A DNA stretch of 64,000 nucleotides from an uncultured archaeon (GTDB taxonomy: Archaea > Thermoproteota > Nitrososphaeria > Nitrososphaerales > Gagatemarchaeaceae). The stretch is from assembly GCA_963799775.1 (NCBI GenBank), contig CAWCYD010000003.1, forward strand, positions 1,728,001 to 1,792,000, written 5' to 3'. The notes under the pieces were generated by a model. It had not been told where the DNA came from. It searched no databases and saw only the letters and a list, made by a program, of their open reading frames with translations. Position numbers and translations under genes: made by a program. Below are positions 19,147-29,846 of this stretch, piece by piece. Each line of letters opens with the position of its first letter. Within the stretch, counting starts at the first letter, position 1.

Positions 19147-19857
19147 CTAGTCTCTCGTCTTGAGTCTTGGTGAACTCTTGGGGACGAGGTGGGCTTCCTG
19201 GATCTCCAGATAACCTGAGTCTCCCTTCCAGTGCTTCTTCGAGGAGATGATCTCGATTCGCTTTTCGAAGAGCGGGCAGTCGAGGACGAACGTCTCTCCC
19301 TCCCCTCCCTCCAGCCCGGGGTTGACGCCGTATCTCTCGTGAAGCTTTGCAAGGTCGCTAATCATCTTCTCGTCCAGAGCACGGCCCAGCCAGCTCTCGT
19401 CTAGCCCTAGCGCAGCGACTCCCGTGAGGACCACCTCGAAATTGTCTTTGACAAGGTTGTTGAGATGCGTGATCTGATCGATTCGCCAGAGCGGAGAGAC
19501 CGCCTTCACACCGACTTCCTCGCATATTCTCTCCACTCGTGATTTCTGGTAGACGGAGGCTAGGGCTCCGGTGTAGACGCCCTCGATGGAGTACCGCCGC
19601 TTGGCTTCCTTGATCCCCTCTCTGAGGTCTCCCAGCTCCTCCTCCTTCACTCCCGCCGTCTCCCTGGTCACCTGCGGCACATGCATCGTCTGGGCTTGCA
19701 ACGCTGTCCATCGGACGTTGGGGTAGTGGAACATGTACGAGTCGGACACCGCCGGTGAGAGCGTTATCAGGCAGGAGAGCTCCTCTCCCCGCTGCTTCGC
19801 CAGGAACGCGGCGTACGTGCTGTCCTTGCCGCCGGAAAAGAGGACGGCGATCCTCAA
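19147..19857 (-). CDS. dph6: Diphthine-ammonia ligase family PP-loop ATPase
   Basis: LFSGGKDS, SYMFH, SVYQKSR, GEGGEGETFVLDCPLF. Confidence 0.88.
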   Translation of the reverse strand: MRIAVLFSGGKDSTYAAFLAKQRGEELSCLITLSPAVSDSYMFHYPNVRWTALQAQTMHVPQVTRETAGVKEEELGDLREGIKEAKRRYSIEGVYTGALASVYQKSRVERICEEVGVKAVSPLWRIDQITHLNNLVKDNFEVVLTGVAALGLDESWLGRALDEKMISDLAKLHERYGVNPGLEGGEGETFVLDCPLFEKRIEIISSKKHWKGDSGYLEIQEAHLVPKSSPRLKTRD

Positions 19858-19946
19858 TTGAGTGATGTCACGCTCCCGGCTCGGATTGGGCCTTGGCCGG
19901 CAAAGACTTTATGGCGTTCGTCGAGGGAAGCCTTCGGTGAATTCGG

Positions 19947-21284
19947 TTGCTCGATTCGTTGAGGAGCGGCCTGCAGAGTGCCATCAAGAAGCTCCTAGGA
20001 AGTGACATAGTCGATGAGGCGGCGATAAAGGAGTTCGTCAGAGACCTCCAGCGCGCCCTCATCACCGCAGACGTCAACGTGAAGCTCGTCCTCAGCGTGA
20101 CAGAGAACGTCCAGAAGAGGGCCATCGATGAGAAGCCGGCCCCAGGCCTGGACCGGAAGAACCAGATCGTGAAGATACTCTACGAGGAGCTCGACAAGCT
20201 CCTCGGCGGAGACCAGGAGCTCAAGCTCGACAGGAACAAGCAGAGCGTCATCGTGCTGCTGGGAATCCAAGGCTCGGGCAAGACCACGACCGTCGGGAAG
20301 CTGGCCAGGTTCTACGCCAAGAGGGGCTTCAAGGTCGGCGTCGTGGCGGCGGACACCTTCAGGCCCGGCGCGGTCACGCAGCTGAGGACGATAGCCCAGG
20401 TGGTGGGCGTCGACATCTACTCCGACGAGAAGGAGAAGGACTCTGTCAAGGTCGCGGATGCCGGGAAGCGCTTCTTCGTGGAGGGCGGCAAGAACCTCAT
20501 CATAATTGACACTGCAGGCAGGCACAAGGAGGAGCAGAGCCTTCTCGACGAGATGAGCAAGATCTACTCCAAGGTCAAGCCAGACCTCAACCTGCTAGTG
20601 ATAGACGGGACCATCGGCCAGCAGGCCTTCAACCAGGCCGCAGCCTTCCACAAGGCCTCCCCGGTCGGCGGAATCGTGGTCACGAAGCTCGACGGCGCGG
20701 CCAAGGGGGGAGGGGCAATCGCGGCCGTGGGGGCGACGGGCGCCAAGGTGCTCTTCATCGGGACCGGAGAGAGGGTCGACGACCTGGAGGAGTTCTCGGC
20801 CACCCGCTTCGTGGGGCGGCTGCTTGGGATGGGCGACCTGAAGGCCCTCCTAGACATGGCGAAGCAGGTCGAGGGAGAGGTCGACGAGAAGAGGGTCCAG
20901 CGGATGATGTCCGGCAAGCTCACCATGGATGACTTCCTATTGCAGTTCGAGCAGGTGAACAAGATGGGCTCCCTGAAGAAGATCCTCGACCTGATACCAG
21001 GCGTCTCGGGGAACATGAAGAGTGAGGACCTCGAGAAGGCGGAGAAGAACATGAAGACCTGGAAGAGCATCATCCAGGCGATGACCGCAGAGGAGAGGGC
21101 GGCGCCCGAGAAGCTGAACGCGCCCCGGGTCAAGCGCATCGCCACAGGTTCGGGAAGGACCGAGAAGGACGTGAGGGAGCTCATCGCGAGATACAGGCAG
21201 ACGAAGACGATGATGAAGTCGGGCAAGGGCCGCGAGATGAGGCAGTTCCTCAGGAGAGCCGGAGGTCAAGTCCCGGGTGGATGA
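19947..21284 (+). CDS. srp54: Signal recognition particle protein Srp54
   Basis: GIQGSGKTTT, DTAGRH, TKLDG motifs and a Met-rich M domain. Confidence 0.97.
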   Translation: MLDSLRSGLQSAIKKLLGSDIVDEAAIKEFVRDLQRALITADVNVKLVLSVTENVQKRAIDEKPAPGLDRKNQIVKILYEELDKLLGGDQELKLDRNKQSVIVLLGIQGSGKTTTVGKLARFYAKRGFKVGVVAADTFRPGAVTQLRTIAQVVGVDIYSDEKEKDSVKVADAGKRFFVEGGKNLIIIDTAGRHKEEQSLLDEMSKIYSKVKPDLNLLVIDGTIGQQAFNQAAAFHKASPVGGIVVTKLDGAAKGGGAIAAVGATGAKVLFIGTGERVDDLEEFSATRFVGRLLGMGDLKALLDMAKQVEGEVDEKRVQRMMSGKLTMDDFLLQFEQVNKMGSLKKILDLIPGVSGNMKSEDLEKAEKNMKTWKSIIQAMTAEERAAPEKLNAPRVKRIATGSGRTEKDVRELIARYRQTKTMMKSGKGREMRQFLRRAGGQVPGG

Positions 21285-22389
21285 GCCCGTAGATTTTCGA
21301 CTCTGTAGATTCTGCAAAGAAAGACAAGGGTCAGAGGGGCGGGCGATAGCTCTCGCCGAGGACGATAGCGGCTGCTACATCTGCAGAGGGGCCTCCGGCG
21401 AACTCGAAGGCATCTCAGAGAAGATGCTCTCCCAGCTGAAGCGATACGATTTCAGGACCTTCTCCGTGGGGCTGGTCCTTCCGTCTGGCATGCAGGAAAG
21501 GGAGGACACGCTCCGGTCGGTCATGAAGATCCGTGGGCGCGAGACGGTGAAGTCAGAGCTGTCGAACCGACTTGGGCGCGAGGTCGTCAAGAGGGCGCCC
21601 GGGAAGAAGGTCGACAGGCTCCATCCTGACCTCACAGCGCTGGTCGACATGAACGAGGAGAGCATCTCGGTCTCGGTCACCTCGAAGCCCCTCTTCCTCT
21701 ACGGCAAGTACACAAAGCCGCGAGGGGTCGCGCAGCGGCGCCTGTTCTGCAAGGACTGCAACGGCAGGGGCTGCGAGAGCTGCGCCGGGACCGGGTACTC
21801 CACTTCGCCAAGCGTGGAGGGCCTCGTCTCGAAGAAGCTCGGCGAGCTTCTGGGTTCGAAGAGGTTCAAGTTCACATGGTTCGGGAGCGAGGACACCGAC
21901 AGCATGGTCTTCCCGCCAGGGCGGCCTTTCGTGATCGAGTCGAAGAGCCCTCGGAGCAGGCACCCCCCGAAGGCGCTCCGTCTCAGGTCCGGGAAGGGTG
22001 GCCTGGTCGTCTCAGGCCTTCACGTGGTCACGAAGAAGTTCGAGCACCCGTCCTTCACCTTCGTCACTAGGGTTGTGGTAGTCGCGGAGCGCAAGATCTC
22101 TGCCCAGGACGTGAGGAAGCTCCAGAAGGACATGAGGAACGCGCTTGTGCAATACAGGAACAACAAGGGGCGGTTGGTGGACAAGAGGATCTACTTTGTA
22201 AAGGCCAGCGCCCGTGGGAAGAAGATGACGGCCGAGATCAAGCTAGACGGGGGCCTGCCGGTGAAGAGACTCGTCTCAGGGGAGGCGGTCTCCCCTTCGT
22301 TCTCGGAGTCGATGGGCATGCCTCTTCGATGTGACAGGTTCGACATCCTCAGGGTGTGGCCTCGACCGGGAGTCGAGCAACCGGCCTGA
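21277..22389 (+). CDS. pus10: tRNA pseudouridine(54/55) synthase Pus10
   Basis: CRFC...CYIC zinc site, GKYTK.RGVAQ, GSED, GRPFV, DGGLPVKRLVSG; adjacent to rpl21e. Confidence 0.85.
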   Translation: MDEPVDFRLCRFCKERQGSEGRAIALAEDDSGCYICRGASGELEGISEKMLSQLKRYDFRTFSVGLVLPSGMQEREDTLRSVMKIRGRETVKSELSNRLGREVVKRAPGKKVDRLHPDLTALVDMNEESISVSVTSKPLFLYGKYTKPRGVAQRRLFCKDCNGRGCESCAGTGYSTSPSVEGLVSKKLGELLGSKRFKFTWFGSEDTDSMVFPPGRPFVIESKSPRSRHPPKALRLRSGKGGLVVSGLHVVTKKFEHPSFTFVTRVVVVAERKISAQDVRKLQKDMRNALVQYRNNKGRLVDKRIYFVKASARGKKMTAEIKLDGGLPVKRLVSGEAVSPSFSESMGMPLRCDRFDILRVWPRPGVEQPA

Positions 22390-22463
22390 AACCATGTGAA
22401 AACGACCGCTCGTTCATGAGTTAGTTTTTAAATGAGGATAGAGGGGCGGGCAACGTTTCCTCT

Positions 22464-22754
22464 ATGGGTAGATCGAAGGGATATCGTCGCAGGACGAGGG
22501 CCCTCCTCAAGAAACGGACCTCCACAGGTCTGAGCAAGATATTGACCGATTACCAGCCCAACCAGAAGGTCGTAATCAAGATAGACTCTACCCAGGTCAA
22601 GGGGATGCCGCACAGGAGGTTCAACGGCTTGGTGGGCGTCGTGAAGGAGACGGGGAGAAGGGCGGTCATTATCGACGTCATGGTAGGGGAGAAGGTGAAG
22701 ACGGTCATCTCTAGGAAGGAGCACATCATGCCGTTGCTGGAGGCGAAGCAGTAG
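22464..22754 (+). CDS. rpl21e: 50S ribosomal protein L21e
   Basis: SKGYRRRTR...KGMPHRRFNG. Confidence 0.96.
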   Translation: MGRSKGYRRRTRALLKKRTSTGLSKILTDYQPNQKVVIKIDSTQVKGMPHRRFNGLVGVVKETGRRAVIIDVMVGEKVKTVISRKEHIMPLLEAKQ

Positions 22755-22756
22755 CT

Positions 22757-23101
22757 TTGGCCGCCACAGAGCCAGCCGCACCTTCGAGCACAAAGAAGAT
22801 GCTGACTCTCGCCGAGGCGCACCAGATCCTTGAGAAGATCGACCTTGAGAAGGCCGACCAGATCCAGAAGAGGACCCTCGATTACACATCAAAGTTCGCG
22901 AAGGCTGCCCCGGAGGCCGCGAAGAAGCTGAAGAAGCAGCTCGAGACCGAGTGCGGCCTGAGCGAGGGGGAGGCAACAGAGGTGGTCAACATCATGCCGA
23001 AGTCAATCGAGGAGCTGAGGACATTCACGGCAGGATGGAGGAAACTCCTCCCGACCGAGACCCTCGAGAGGATACTGAAGATACTCAAGTCAAAAGAGTG
23101 A
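22757..23101 (+). CDS. rpoF: RNA polymerase subunit F (Rpo4)
   Basis: QKRTLDY...VVNIMPKSIEELR; conserved rpl21e-rpoF-DUF655-ksgA order. Confidence 0.9.
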   Translation: MAATEPAAPSSTKKMLTLAEAHQILEKIDLEKADQIQKRTLDYTSKFAKAAPEAAKKLKKQLETECGLSEGEATEVVNIMPKSIEELRTFTAGWRKLLPTETLERILKILKSKE

Positions 23102-23272
23102 CAGACCGGTCGCCCTAGCTGCCTAAGGTTCTCCCGTGCAGAACATTAAAAAGCAGGCGAGGCCCTTCTGGGCCCTAGAAGGGCGCACTAGATGCCAAGC
23201 TATGATCCAAGCTGCCGTCCTGATTTTCCTGCAAAACTCGAGAAATGAGCCAGGGGGTTGTCATAGCGGAAA

Positions 23273-23831
23273 ATGCTTCCAGCAGAGAAGAGGTATGAGG
23301 AATTCGCCTACGTCCTGGACTTCGTCCCGGGCGGCAAGTCTTCGATAATCAAGGGTAGGGAGGGGCCTATAGTCCAGGCCATCGGCGAGGAGAGGCTGAC
23401 CCTCCTGGAGCTGCTCGCCGAGGAGAACCAGGACTTTGAGCCGGGAGAGAAGCTGAGGATTGGAAAGGAGGGGAGGGCGAAGATAGTCAGCGTGTTCGGG
23501 AAGCTCGCCTACGATGAGCCTGACAGCGGAGTCAAAGTCCCAGCTATTGGCTGTCTGCGAGATAATCGTGAAGAACAACGAGGCGAGATACGTGGCGTAC
23601 TTCAACGAACTGCAGCCGCTGACCCCGCGCCTCCACGGGCTGGAGCTGATCCCCGGGATAGGGAAGACCTTCATGAAGACGATAATCGCCCTGAGAGAGA
23701 AGCAGCCGTTCACCTCCTTCGACGACATCCAGAACCGCGTGGGCTTGCGTGACCCTGCTAAGCTCGTGGCGAAGCGGATCGAAGAGGAATTGTCAGGTGC
23801 CTCGAGGGTCAACATCTTCGTCAAAAAGTGA
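23273..23831 (+). CDS. DUF655 RNA-binding protein (frameshifted)
   Basis: YEEFAYVLDF...QAIGE...LLE; LTPRLHGLELIPGIGK helix-hairpin-helix. Confidence 0.88.
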
Positions 23832-24609
23832 GCGCCGCCACCAGGCGCTCCGTCGTCACTCGCTGGGTCAGCACTACCTCAACGACCCGTCGGTCGTCAG
23901 CGCGATGGTCGAACTTGCGGCCATACAGGCTGGCGAACGCGTCCTGGAGATAGGCACTGGAAGGGGCGCGCTGACCAAAGAGCTCGTGCGGCTAACTCCC
24001 AGCCTTGAAGCGTACGAGGTCGACAAGGAGAGCTACGGGAACCTCCGGACAGAGCTCGCCGGAACTGGGCTGACACTCCATAATGAGGACGCGTTCAGGT
24101 CGTCGCCTGACTTCGACGTCCTCGTCTCGAGCCTCCCGTACTCAGAGTCGAGCGAGTTCGTCGAGTGGCTCTCGCAGAGGAGATATGACAGGGCGGTGGT
24201 CTTGTTCCAGCGCGACTTTGCGGAGAAGATAACGGCGGCCCCCAGCGGTCAGGCCTACAGGGCGGTCTCCGTGATCTCGCAGGCGTCGGCGGATGTGCAG
24301 ATCGTCTCGAACGTGAGCAGGCTCTCCTTTGACCCTCCGCCTAGGGTGAACTCCTGTCTGGTCACGATGAGGTGGAAGAAGACGTTGAGCAGGGAGGAGA
24401 TTGCGATGATAAAGAGGATCTTCTCGCAGAAGAGGCGCACCGTGCGAGCTGCGCTCAAGAGTCTCGGGCTCGTTGAGCCACCTTCTGCGCCTGCGGCGAC
24501 AGAGAACCTCCAGCTCCAGTGCAGGGTGAACTCGCTGCGACCAGAGTCAGTCCTCGCGATGGTCGGTGTGCTTGCAAGGGTGAACCGAACAGATGATGGA
24601 GACGAGTGA
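23828..24609 (+). CDS. rsmA: 16S rRNA adenine dimethyltransferase KsgA/Dim1 (start approximate)
   Basis: LGQHYL, VLEIGTGRGALT, SSLPYS, FDPPPRVNS. Confidence 0.92.
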
Positions 24610-25346
24610 AGGTGGCGGGCCCCCGAGACCTGACGGACCTGAGCATCACTGTGCTCGGGGCGGAGTATCCGGTCAACCTTGGGTACACGGCCCGCCTCAT
24701 GAAGAACTTCGGCCTCAAGAGGCTCTATCTCGTCGACCCCAAGTGCGACATGAGGGCCGCCTCGGTCTATGCTTCCCACGGCTCGGACATTCTGGATGCT
24801 GCCGAAGTGGTGACGCTCGCAAAGGTGAGAAAGACCCATGATTTCCTGCTCGGGACGACCGCGATAAGGGCGAGGAGAGATTCGAACGTCAGCAGGAGGA
24901 CGACAAGGCCCGAAGAGGCTCTGGCGCGCGTGGTCGGGGCCAAATCGGCCTCGATCATCCTCGGGCGCGACACCACGGGGTTGACCAACGAAGAACTGGC
25001 GTTGTGCGACCTCGTCACGACGATAGACACGAGGACCGATTACAAGACGCTCAACGTGAGTCATTCGGTCGCGATACTGCTCTACCTGGCGACCAGCGTG
25101 CCTGCGAGAGGGGAGACGGCCATGGCAGAGGCAGGTTCACGGGCCTCAAGGGAGAGGCGTGAGGCCTTCGGGAGATATACCTACCAATTGGCGCTCGCGA
25201 CCGGGATGCAGAAGGACAGGGCCGAGCGGATTGTCCAGATCGCACGGAGGGTGGCGCTCAAGTCAGAGGTCAACTCCAAGGAGTTGGGCTTGCTCGTCGC
25301 TCTGATGAGGAAGGCTCAGCTCTCGATCAAAGGGAAAATCGGCTAG
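24606..25346 (+). CDS. SPOUT RNA methyltransferase, TrmJ/TrmH family
   Basis: NLGYTARLMKNFG, GRDTTGLTNEEL, YKTLNVSHSVAI. Confidence 0.88.
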   Translation: MKVAGPRDLTDLSITVLGAEYPVNLGYTARLMKNFGLKRLYLVDPKCDMRAASVYASHGSDILDAAEVVTLAKVRKTHDFLLGTTAIRARRDSNVSRRTTRPEEALARVVGAKSASIILGRDTTGLTNEELALCDLVTTIDTRTDYKTLNVSHSVAILLYLATSVPARGETAMAEAGSRASRERREAFGRYTYQLALATGMQKDRAERIVQIARRVALKSEVNSKELGLLVALMRKAQLSIKGKIG

Positions 25347-26534
25347 ACCCTTTCCAGAGCGTAGACCGTCCGCCTCACCCATCTGGTGCTCTGGTGAGAC
25401 ACAATCAAGGGGTACTCGTAGGGCGCCGCTCCTTGTGGCTGGAGCGGTCTGAGCCCGATGTCCTCTATCCCCTCGAACGTGAGGGCCACGTCCTTTCCTT
25501 CCTTCGTCCTCACCGATGGCGTCACGAGCACCATCCTGCCACCCTTCTTCAGCACGCCGCTCATCTCGTGGAGGGCTTCTGAGTAGATGAATGATGCGTG
25601 CTTGACAAGCTTACGCGCCTTCTCGAGAGACGGTGGCGACGTCAGGGTCGGCAAGAGAATCGGCTCCGACACTATGGCGTCGACGGCAGTCTCGCCCAGA
25701 GTCCTCCGGAGGTTCGTGGCATCACCGACTAGGATGGAATACGACGGGGACCGCTGCCCGTTCTGCTCTCTCTGCGAAGCCAGCCACTCCAGGTTGTCCT
25801 TGGTCCGCTCTACCGTCCCGTGGTTCCTGTCGACCCCGATGCAGTTCGCCCCCTTGAGCAAGGCCTCGGCGAGGATCGTGCCCGAGCCGCAGAAGGGGTC
25901 GAGCAGAGTCTGCCCCTTGGTGACCCCGGAGATGTTGACGAGGAGGCGCGCCAAGCGGGAGGAGAGAGATATCCCCGAGGTGACGTAGGGGCGCTCCTTC
26001 GACCGTTCCTTGAACCCTTCAACGTCGGGGACGTATACCGTGACCCCCCACTGGTACTTGGCACCAATCGGGAAGACCACGAAGTCCATCGCCGACCTCG
26101 ACACGACGCGCTCGGAATGCAGCTCGGGCCCGGACCGGGAGCGAATCAGGTTGGCCTTCTTGAGGCCCATCTCGCGCATCGTCATCAGAAGCTCCTGCGT
26201 GAGGTTCATCGTACACGGCCTCTTGGTCGCCTTGGATGCAATACAAGCTCAGGGAGAAGTTGAAGTTCGTGTCTGGGAATGTTATCGCGTCGCCAAACTC
26301 GGGGGAGTCCAAGGAAGGAAGAGGCAGCGCTGCCTTGTGCACGCCTGCAAGGTCAGTCAGTCCTCTCAGTCTGCCCTCTTTGTGGTCGACGACGGCGATG
26401 TCCTCGCAGTTCATCGAGACCTTGGCGCGGTCCTTGAAGACGCATTGCGCTTCGAGCAGAGACGGGGCGCCGAAAGCGAGAACGAGGATCGAGGATTGGG
26501 AATCGATGCTCTCCGGCGGGACTAGGAACGGCAA
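25343..26534 (-). CDS. Trm11/TrmG10-like tRNA methyltransferase (frameshifted)
   Basis: SLSSRLARLLVN, LLDPFCGSGTIL, GDA, DAIVSEP. Confidence 0.8.
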
Positions 26535-26638
26535 AGGAGACCCATGCGAAGGCTGGACAGACCTGCTAAGTCTTTCTGTCTTGATTCTGGGGAGAAATGT
26601 GGACGCTTATTAGGGGCCGGCGCGTTATTTTGTAGACG

Positions 26639-26779
26639 ATGGCGAAGGTCAAGCGCACAGTGGTGAACGGCGATCTAGAACGCGCCAGACGCTACGTAGA
26701 TGAGCTGTTGAAAGACCCTGTCGCGTTCGAGAGATGGGCCAATGAGACCCTCGATATGTCCAGAATGCGGAGAAGATGA
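26639..26779 (+). CDS. 46 aa micro-ORF A, homologue of 5943..6107
   Basis: MAKVKRTVVNGDLERARRYVDELLKDPVAFERWANETLD...; TATA-like CTTATTA upstream; ATGA overlap with the next ORF. Confidence 0.55.
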   Translation: MAKVKRTVVNGDLERARRYVDELLKDPVAFERWANETLDMSRMRRR

Positions 26780-26952
26780 GAAACGAAGACGACCCCCGAA
26801 TCTGCGCTCTGGTCAGCCAACTGATTCCGATCGTGAAGCGTCGTGTGCTCCAGGCTATGGAGCACTCAAGGGAAGATGTAGAGTTTGAAGTAGCTACCCT
26901 GGCGAACCTGTTTACAATCAGTCAAGCAATGAATTGCGCGAAAGAATCGTAA
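26776..26952 (+). CDS. 58 aa micro-ORF B, homologue of 6091..6276
   Basis: MRNEDDPRICALVSQLIPIVKRRVLQAMEHSREDVEFEVATL... Confidence 0.6.
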   Translation: MRNEDDPRICALVSQLIPIVKRRVLQAMEHSREDVEFEVATLANLFTISQAMNCAKES

Positions 26953-27049
26953 GGCGAGAAACTCCTTCCAAACAGCCAGACTCCATGCTCTGGAACATTC
27001 CAACGTTATTTACATCAGTAAACAAGATGCTCTAGTCTCCTGATTTCCA

Positions 27050-28777
27050 TTGGCCAGCTCGACTTCGAGAAGAGGTGGCGGCCGGGTCGGAATAGTCCTC
27101 ACCGTTGCCCTCATTGGGGGCCTCTTGGTGGCGGCATTCCTTGTGGTGTCCACGGGGAGTCCCTCGAGACCCACCGTTCCAACGACCTCAAAAGCCGGTG
27201 TGACGTCGTCTTCGACTTTCCAGTCGAGTTCTGCGAGTGCGACTACCGAGTCTGGTTCCTCCTCGACGGCGGCCATAACATCTAGCACCTTAGTGGGGGT
27301 GACGAATACCAACGCAAGTGCAACCTCGAGCAGCACTTCGAACACCACCATGACCTCGAGCTACGCAGGCTATGATTGGACAACCTATCACGAAAGCAAC
27401 TCGAGAGACGGCTACGACGGCTCGCTCGCCAACGTCACTTCGCCGTCTGTGGCCTGGACTGTAGCGGTCGACGCCCCTGTCTATGCCGAGCCCCTGACCT
27501 TCAACGGCTCGGTCTATGTCGCTACTGAGAACGACACAGTCTACGCCATGTCCGGGGCCAGTGGAGCTGTCCAGTGGTCGAACCACCTCGGCGCCCCTGT
27601 AGACAGCACCTCGCCGCCGTTCGAGTGTGGAGGAAGCCATCCGACAATTTCCCCAACGATCGGCATCACTGGGACGCCGGTCATCGACCCTGCGACCGGC
27701 ACGATTTACCTCGTCGCGTTAATCAATGGAAGCGGGTATCGGCTCATTGCTCTGGAGACCGGAAACGGCCATGTCAGGTGGAGCGCCCAGGTCAGCGAGC
27801 CCGGCCTCAATTATACCGACCAGGAGCAGCGCGGGGCGCTGACCCTGGCCCACGGAATGGTCTACGTGCCCTTCGGCGGATATTCGGTCGTCTGCTCGGG
27901 AATCCCGCACGGCTGGGTCGTGGGGTACGCTGCCAACGATAACGGCACTGGATATGCCTACGAGGCACCGACGAGCGGCGAGGGCGATATCTGGGAGCCT
28001 GAGGGGATGTCGACGGACGGTGCGGGGTATCTCTACGCAGTGACCGGGGACAGCGGCACGACCGGGCCCTTCGACTATGGAGTCAGCGTGATCAAGCTGA
28101 CCCCCAAGCTATCGGTCGCCGACTACTTTTCGCCCACGAATTACCTCGCCCTCGATGAGGGCGACCTTGACCTCAGCTCGACCGGTGCCACGCAGCTTCC
28201 TGGAGACCTGATCTTCTCGATCGGCAAGGAGGGGACAGGCTACCTGCTGAACTCTTCAGAGTTGGGGCAAATCGGAGGCCAACTTTACAGCCTTTCGGTC
28301 TGCAAGGGAGGGGGCTGGGGAAGCACCGCCTATGCCGCCGGCGTGGTGTACATCCCTTGCGCTGACGGCCTCCATGCCGTCGCTGTCCATATTGGGACCC
28401 ACCCGAGCCTGGCCTCGCTTTGGAACTACACTAATTTCTTCGCCGCTCCTCCCATCGTGGCCGCTGGAGCTGTCTGGACCTCAGACATCTACAACGGGAC
28501 CGTCTTCGCCCTCAACCCTGTGACCGGGGCTCTACTTGCCCAGCTCACCCCCGACCCCGCCCTCGCGCCGGGTTCTCTGCCACACTTCGTCACACCTTCG
28601 GTCGGCGGCGGCATGTTGTTTTTTGCAGAAGATCAAGCCATCTACGCCTTGAACCCCACTCCTTTACGGAGCGGCGCCGCCGCGGACCCGACGAGTTTCG
28701 TGGGGCTACTAGCTATTCCATCGCAGGAAGTGCGAAACGGCGCGTCGGAACCGAAGTGTCCATTGATGGACGACTAG
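27050..28777 (+). CDS. Membrane-anchored PQQ-like beta-propeller protein
   Basis: TM helix, S/T-rich linker, DWTTYH..NSRDG, repeated VYA...SGAVQW / ALETGNGHVRW blades. Confidence 0.8.
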   Translation: MASSTSRRGGGRVGIVLTVALIGGLLVAAFLVVSTGSPSRPTVPTTSKAGVTSSSTFQSSSASATTESGSSSTAAITSSTLVGVTNTNASATSSSTSNTTMTSSYAGYDWTTYHESNSRDGYDGSLANVTSPSVAWTVAVDAPVYAEPLTFNGSVYVATENDTVYAMSGASGAVQWSNHLGAPVDSTSPPFECGGSHPTISPTIGITGTPVIDPATGTIYLVALINGSGYRLIALETGNGHVRWSAQVSEPGLNYTDQEQRGALTLAHGMVYVPFGGYSVVCSGIPHGWVVGYAANDNGTGYAYEAPTSGEGDIWEPEGMSTDGAGYLYAVTGDSGTTGPFDYGVSVIKLTPKLSVADYFSPTNYLALDEGDLDLSSTGATQLPGDLIFSIGKEGTGYLLNSSELGQIGGQLYSLSVCKGGGWGSTAYAAGVVYIPCADGLHAVAVHIGTHPSLASLWNYTNFFAAPPIVAAGAVWTSDIYNGTVFALNPVTGALLAQLTPDPALAPGSLPHFVTPSVGGGMLFFAEDQAIYALNPTPLRSGAAADPTSFVGLLAIPSQEVRNGASEPKCPLMDD

Positions 28778-28815
28778 GATAATGACCAAGCCGAGCCATC
28801 TACCCCGCGTTAGTT

Positions 28816-29019
28816 TTGGGTTGCCCGGTCAATGCTTCTGAAGCGAACGATGTGTTCACACCGCCCAGTCAAGGATGCGAGGGCGTGTCATGTTCGAGAT
28901 ACAACTTTCCGGAAGTCGGTCCGTATGCTCAACACAAATTCATACCCGGATGGTATACCTTAGTTGTCGCGGATGAGTGGGGACAAACAGTTATGCTGAA
29001 TTTTAATGTGGAGTCGTGA
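28816..29019 (+). pseudogene. C-terminal fragment of the 'FxPGxYTxVxxDEWG' secreted domain family
   Basis: FIPGWYTLVVADEWGQTVMLNFNV with no N-terminus or signal peptide. Confidence 0.55.
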
Positions 29020-29070
29020 CTTCCCTCGGCGGCAGCGGCGAGGCGCCCAATACCATCTTCGAATTCATGC

Positions 29071-29739
29071 CTAGTTCTCAGCTTGGCCCGCACTCGGCGG
29101 GGCACCAGGGTCAGGAATTCCAAAACTCGAATACACAGATGAAGTGAGGAACCTCCAGTTCTCCTTCTGGATTGTCCAGACGCCGTTCCTAATGGTCCAT
29201 TCCTGCTGCACGAAGACAAACGCTTGGTAAAAGAGGCAGTTTGGACGCGTGCCTTTAATCGTGATGTCGAACGTGGAGTTCACCACTCCTTGCCCAGTGG
29301 CACGTGTGGTGAGATTTGAGAACTGCAGGGGACTCGGGACCGACGGTGGCCAGTCATAGCAATTGATAGAAGAATACAATTCCTGTATCTTCGATAATCC
29401 GATGAAAGTCCCTGGGTTAGGAAAGGGAGTTCCAGAAGTCAGGTTTCCGTTCCATGCAATCGTGGACGAGTTGGTGTAGAACCTCAAGATGCCTGAAATG
29501 CTTCCCGGTGATTGGTTTTGGAGGCTTGACTCGTAAAGAGCGTTCTCAGCTATCGCGTTCGCTTCTATGGACCTTGCAGAGGACTCGGAGGAAGATTTTG
29601 CGGTCGCGTTGAACCTCTCGAGTCCGATGACGCCTAGGGAAATCAGCAACAAGGCAATTACGATTGCTCCAATAGCTATCTTCGTTCGGCCGGCTGAAGA
29701 TAGTTGTTGGGGCTCCGCCCTGACAGGGAACTTTGCCAT
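29071..29739 (-). CDS. Membrane-anchored NTF2/SnoaL-like protein
   Basis: TM helix; FYTNSSTIAWNG...GTFIG...WTIQKENW; paralogue of 14518..15114. Confidence 0.55.
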   Translation of the reverse strand: MAKFPVRAEPQQLSSAGRTKIAIGAIVIALLLISLGVIGLERFNATAKSSSESSARSIEANAIAENALYESSLQNQSPGSISGILRFYTNSSTIAWNGNLTSGTPFPNPGTFIGLSKIQELYSSINCYDWPPSVPSPLQFSNLTTRATGQGVVNSTFDITIKGTRPNCLFYQAFVFVQQEWTIRNGVWTIQKENWRFLTSSVYSSFGIPDPGAPPSAGQAEN

Positions 29740-29846
29740 GACAATGTGCGATTGAGTCCCCGGCTGCTCTTACGCCTTCTGGATGAATCTGAGGAGCGGG
29801 TCAGAGCTTGAATGTACGAAGGGCTCGAACGGCATGGGAATGATTC

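Noticed and set aside
23161-23185. GCCCTTCT/AGAAGGGC hairpin between rpoF and DUF655
   Set aside because: A single hairpin with no further diagnostic motif; not enough to call an ncRNA or terminator.
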